A DNA stretch of 64,000 bases from Octopus sinensis (Eukaryota). The translations under genes and the position numbers were made by a program. Where the stretch lies: the NCBI RefSeq assembly GCF_006345805.1, contig NC_043003.1, positions 10,602,001 through 10,666,000 of the forward strand, read 5' to 3'. A model generated the notes under the pieces. The model was not told the origin of the DNA. It ran no database searches and saw only the letters and a list, made by a program, of their open reading frames with translations. This document shows, piece after piece, positions 61,106 through 64,000 of this stretch. How positions within the stretch are numbered: position 1 is the first letter of the stretch; each line of letters begins with the position of its first letter.

Positions 61106-61859
61106 CACCACTGATGTTCCTGGATGATTTTCATCTACTGCTGATATATTTTTTTGCTTTTCAACACTGTATGTTTATAAGAAATGTTTTCTCAAGACAA
61201 ATACCACTTTCAATAGTACATATATATGTTTTAAGTATGATATATAGACTGCTAATTTGAACTAATATTATTTCCATCACTAATAACAAATTCTAAATAT
61301 TGCCTTCTGATTAATATTGATCTTGGAAAGTTTGTTTGGCAGCCTCTGAAACTCCAACAACTGCACCTCCTGCAAAATAATACAGATTGCAAAGTCCTGG
61401 ACACATTAATTTATTCTTATTTGATCTGTTGGTGCCAACAAATGAAAATGGCACATTTCCAGTGCAGAGTTAATTAAAGCAAGAACATGGATTTACTGAT
61501 GAGTTAGACATATGGAAAATATCACATCACATTGACAAAGAATGGAAATACAGACGTAGGACTGGGTTGATGCGAACATAAACAAGATACTGAATCTTTT
61601 TTGGAATATCCAGTTACAGAAATCAATCATACAAACAGAACTAATTAGCGTTAGAGTAAGAGGTTGTCTTCTCAATATGCAAATTAGTCTGGACCACACT
61701 TCAGAAATTATCTGAAGAATTGCAGAAGTTTCAAAAGGTGAAGGCAAACACTTGAATTGTAAGAATGGCAGATGAATGATTCCAGACTAAGAAATTACAT
61801 TTTCCAAAATGTGCAAGAAATAGCAGTTAAATCTCCCTTAAATCACACATTATCATTTT

Positions 61860-62168
61860 CATTTACATTATTTACATTTGACGGATATTTGTCCTCATCT
61901 TACTCTTTTATTCTTTTATTTGTTTCAGTAATTTGACTGTGGCAAATCGACCCCAGGACTTAATCTTTTGGATTAGTACTTATTCTATCGATCTCTTTTG
62001 CCGAACCGCTAAGTTATGGGTACGTAAACACACCACCATTTTGTTTGTTGTTGACACAACGTTTCGGCTGATGTACTCTCCAGCCTTCATATGCGAGCAT
62101 ATGCCTTAGTGGTTAAGAACACAGTCTACTAACCCTAAGATTCCAAGTTCGATTCCAGGCAGTGACCT
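61860..62168. mobile_element. tRNA-head/hammerhead element, inverted pair (locus C), interrupted by a family 1 SINE fragment (61901-62040)
   Basis: Minus arm tail and hammerhead ATGAAGGCTG..CAGCCGAAACGTTGTGTC (62054-62090); plus head GCATATGCCTTAGTGGTTAAG..CTACTAACCC..GTTCGATTCCAGGCAGTGACCT. Confidence 0.8.
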
Positions 62169-62580
62169 CATCATCATCGTCCTCATCATCATCATTTAAC
62201 ATCCGATTTCCATGCTGGTATGGGTTGGACGGTTTGACTGAGGACAGGTGAGCCTGAAGGCTGCACCAGGCTCAATCTGATCTGGCAAAGTTTCAACCCT
62301 TTCTAACACCAGCCACTCCGAGAGTGTAGTGGGTACTTTTACATGCCACCAGCATGAGGGCCAGTCAGGCAGTTCTGGCAACAACCATGCTCAAAAGGTG
62401 TTTTTTACATGCTATCTGCACAGGAGCCAGTCTTTCACATGCCACTGGCACATGTGCCGGTAAGGTGACGCTGGTAACGATCACGCTCGAATAGCGCTGT
62501 TTACGTGCCACTGGCATGGGAGCCAGTCCATGGCCCTGGCAACGATCACACTCGGATGTGCTTTTAACATTCCACTGGCA
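62168..62580 (-). mobile_element. RTE family 3'-end copy
   Basis: (CAT)n TTAACATCCGATTTCCATGCTGGTATGGGTTGGACGG followed by several TGCCAC..GGCA modules. Confidence 0.85.
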
Positions 62581-63149
62581 GCAGAAGAAGAAGAAGAAGA
62601 AGAGTGGTGGTGGTGGCGGCGGCAGTGGTGCGAGCTGGAATACCTGTAATCATAAGATCTACCCAGTCATGAAGCTACACCACCACCACAACAACAAAAA
62701 CAATAACCAGCAAACCAACCACCCATATTCACATACACACACACACACACACACAGTATTCCATTATTATCATCATCATCATCAACAGCAGTAGCAACAA
62801 CAATAGGTGAGAAACAGTAACGAGATTCTTTGTTTTGATATCATGTGTCAGACAAGCTCTTAATATAATATAATCCATCATTCATTTTCGTGGCGTGAGA
62901 TCCAAGCTTCAAAGATCTGATCTAGATCACCTCACCTTAAACCTACACCAGGCTCAAATATCCTTCTCTGTATCAACTATCAGTACACTTACACCCATTG
63001 TCAATGAATCATTCATAACATCGTTGTTTACTAAATTAGTCAATGCCTGTCTATGGTACTTGACACCTATAAGTGTTGGATGGTGAGTATATATACATGC
63101 AGGTGTACTTGTGTAGTAAGAAATCTGCTTTGTAACCACATGTAGTGGT

Positions 63150-63349
63150 GGACTGGCCAGGTTGCCAGCTTGCCCAATGGCAAGTGGTAACGATCACATT
63201 TGAATGGTGCTTTTTATGTGCCACCGGCATGGAAGCCAGTCAGCTGCTCTGGGAGCAATCACGCTTGGATGGTGCTCTTAGCGCTTCACTGGCACAGGTG
63301 CCAGTCATCGAATTTGTGAATTTGCATATTTGATTTGATTTCAATATAT

Positions 63350-63384
<35 letters not shown>

Positions 63385-63583
63385 GAGTGTAGTGGGCGTA
63401 AAAAGCGCCCACTACACTCACTCATGGAGTGGTTGGCATTAGGAAGGGCATCCAGCTGTAGAAACACTGCCAGATCAGACTGGAGCCTGATGCAGCCTCC
63501 TGGCTTTCCAGACCCCAGTCAAACCATCCAACCCATGCTAGCACTGAAAACGGACGTTAAATGAAGATGATGATGATGATGAT
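63150..63583. mobile_element. Two RTE UTR fragments in opposite orientation around a (TA)n tract
   Basis: ~63150-63340 minus; ~63385-63583 plus ending GGACGTTAAATGAA(GAT)n(TA)n. Confidence 0.75.
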
Positions 63584-63669
63584 ATATATATACATATATA
63601 TATACACATATATATATATACATATATATACATATATATACATATATATATATACATATATATATATAC

Positions 63670-63706
<37 letters not shown>

Positions 63707-63737
<31 letters not shown>

Positions 63738-64000
63738 TAGCATATTTTTTATAGTGTGCTTTCACTTCACTACCGAGTGCAGCTCTGTGTGCCTTGGGTA
63801 TGTGCTGTGATTTGTTGTGATGCTCTGATGGTTATTGTATGGAATGTGTTCTGCGTAGGATGTGTGCAGTGCCTAGTAGTGCAATTTTCTGTATGTTATA
63901 TGTGTTTGTAAGTCCTGATGTTTTTGTTATGTATTTGTCTGAATAAAAAATTATTCAGACAAATACATAACAAAAACACCAGGACTTACAAACACATATA
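63707..64000 (-). mobile_element. R4/Dong-clade 3' end at a (TAA)n tract with fold-back junction
   Basis: Minus strand YSDKYITKTSGLTNTYNIQKIALLGTAHILRRTHSIQ-stop, short UTR, (TAA)n; 63951-64000 is the reverse complement of 63897-63946. Confidence 0.85.

Overview
AT-rich, microsatellite-saturated eukaryotic DNA. The SINE/LINE repertoire and (TA)n/(CA)n/(GAT)n density point to a coleoid cephalopod, most likely Octopus (inference, no search run). No host protein-coding gene can be recognised; nearly all listed ORFs are microsatellite translations or TE fragments, so the window is intergenic or deep intronic. Contents: dozens of tRNA-derived SINEs of at least five architectures; a young 5'-truncated RTE LINE (17.9-19.7 kb) whose RT carries an inserted PHD-type C4HC3 finger, plus many short copies of its 3' end; CR1, R4/Dong and Penelope-like (PLE) remnants; a full-length decayed mariner, a fold-back mariner derivative, pogo/Tigger-, Mutator- and piggyBac-type MITEs and a non-autonomous Helitron. 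The most striking signal is a set of small elements carrying minimal type I hammerhead ribozyme motifs, usually as head-to-head inverted pairs. One family (22.6, 36.1 and 61.9 kb) joins a tRNA-like Pol III head, an (AAT)n linker and a hammerhead, i.e. a candidate PLE-mobilised 'SINE-retrozyme'. Coordinates were read by eye and old elements have approximate ends.
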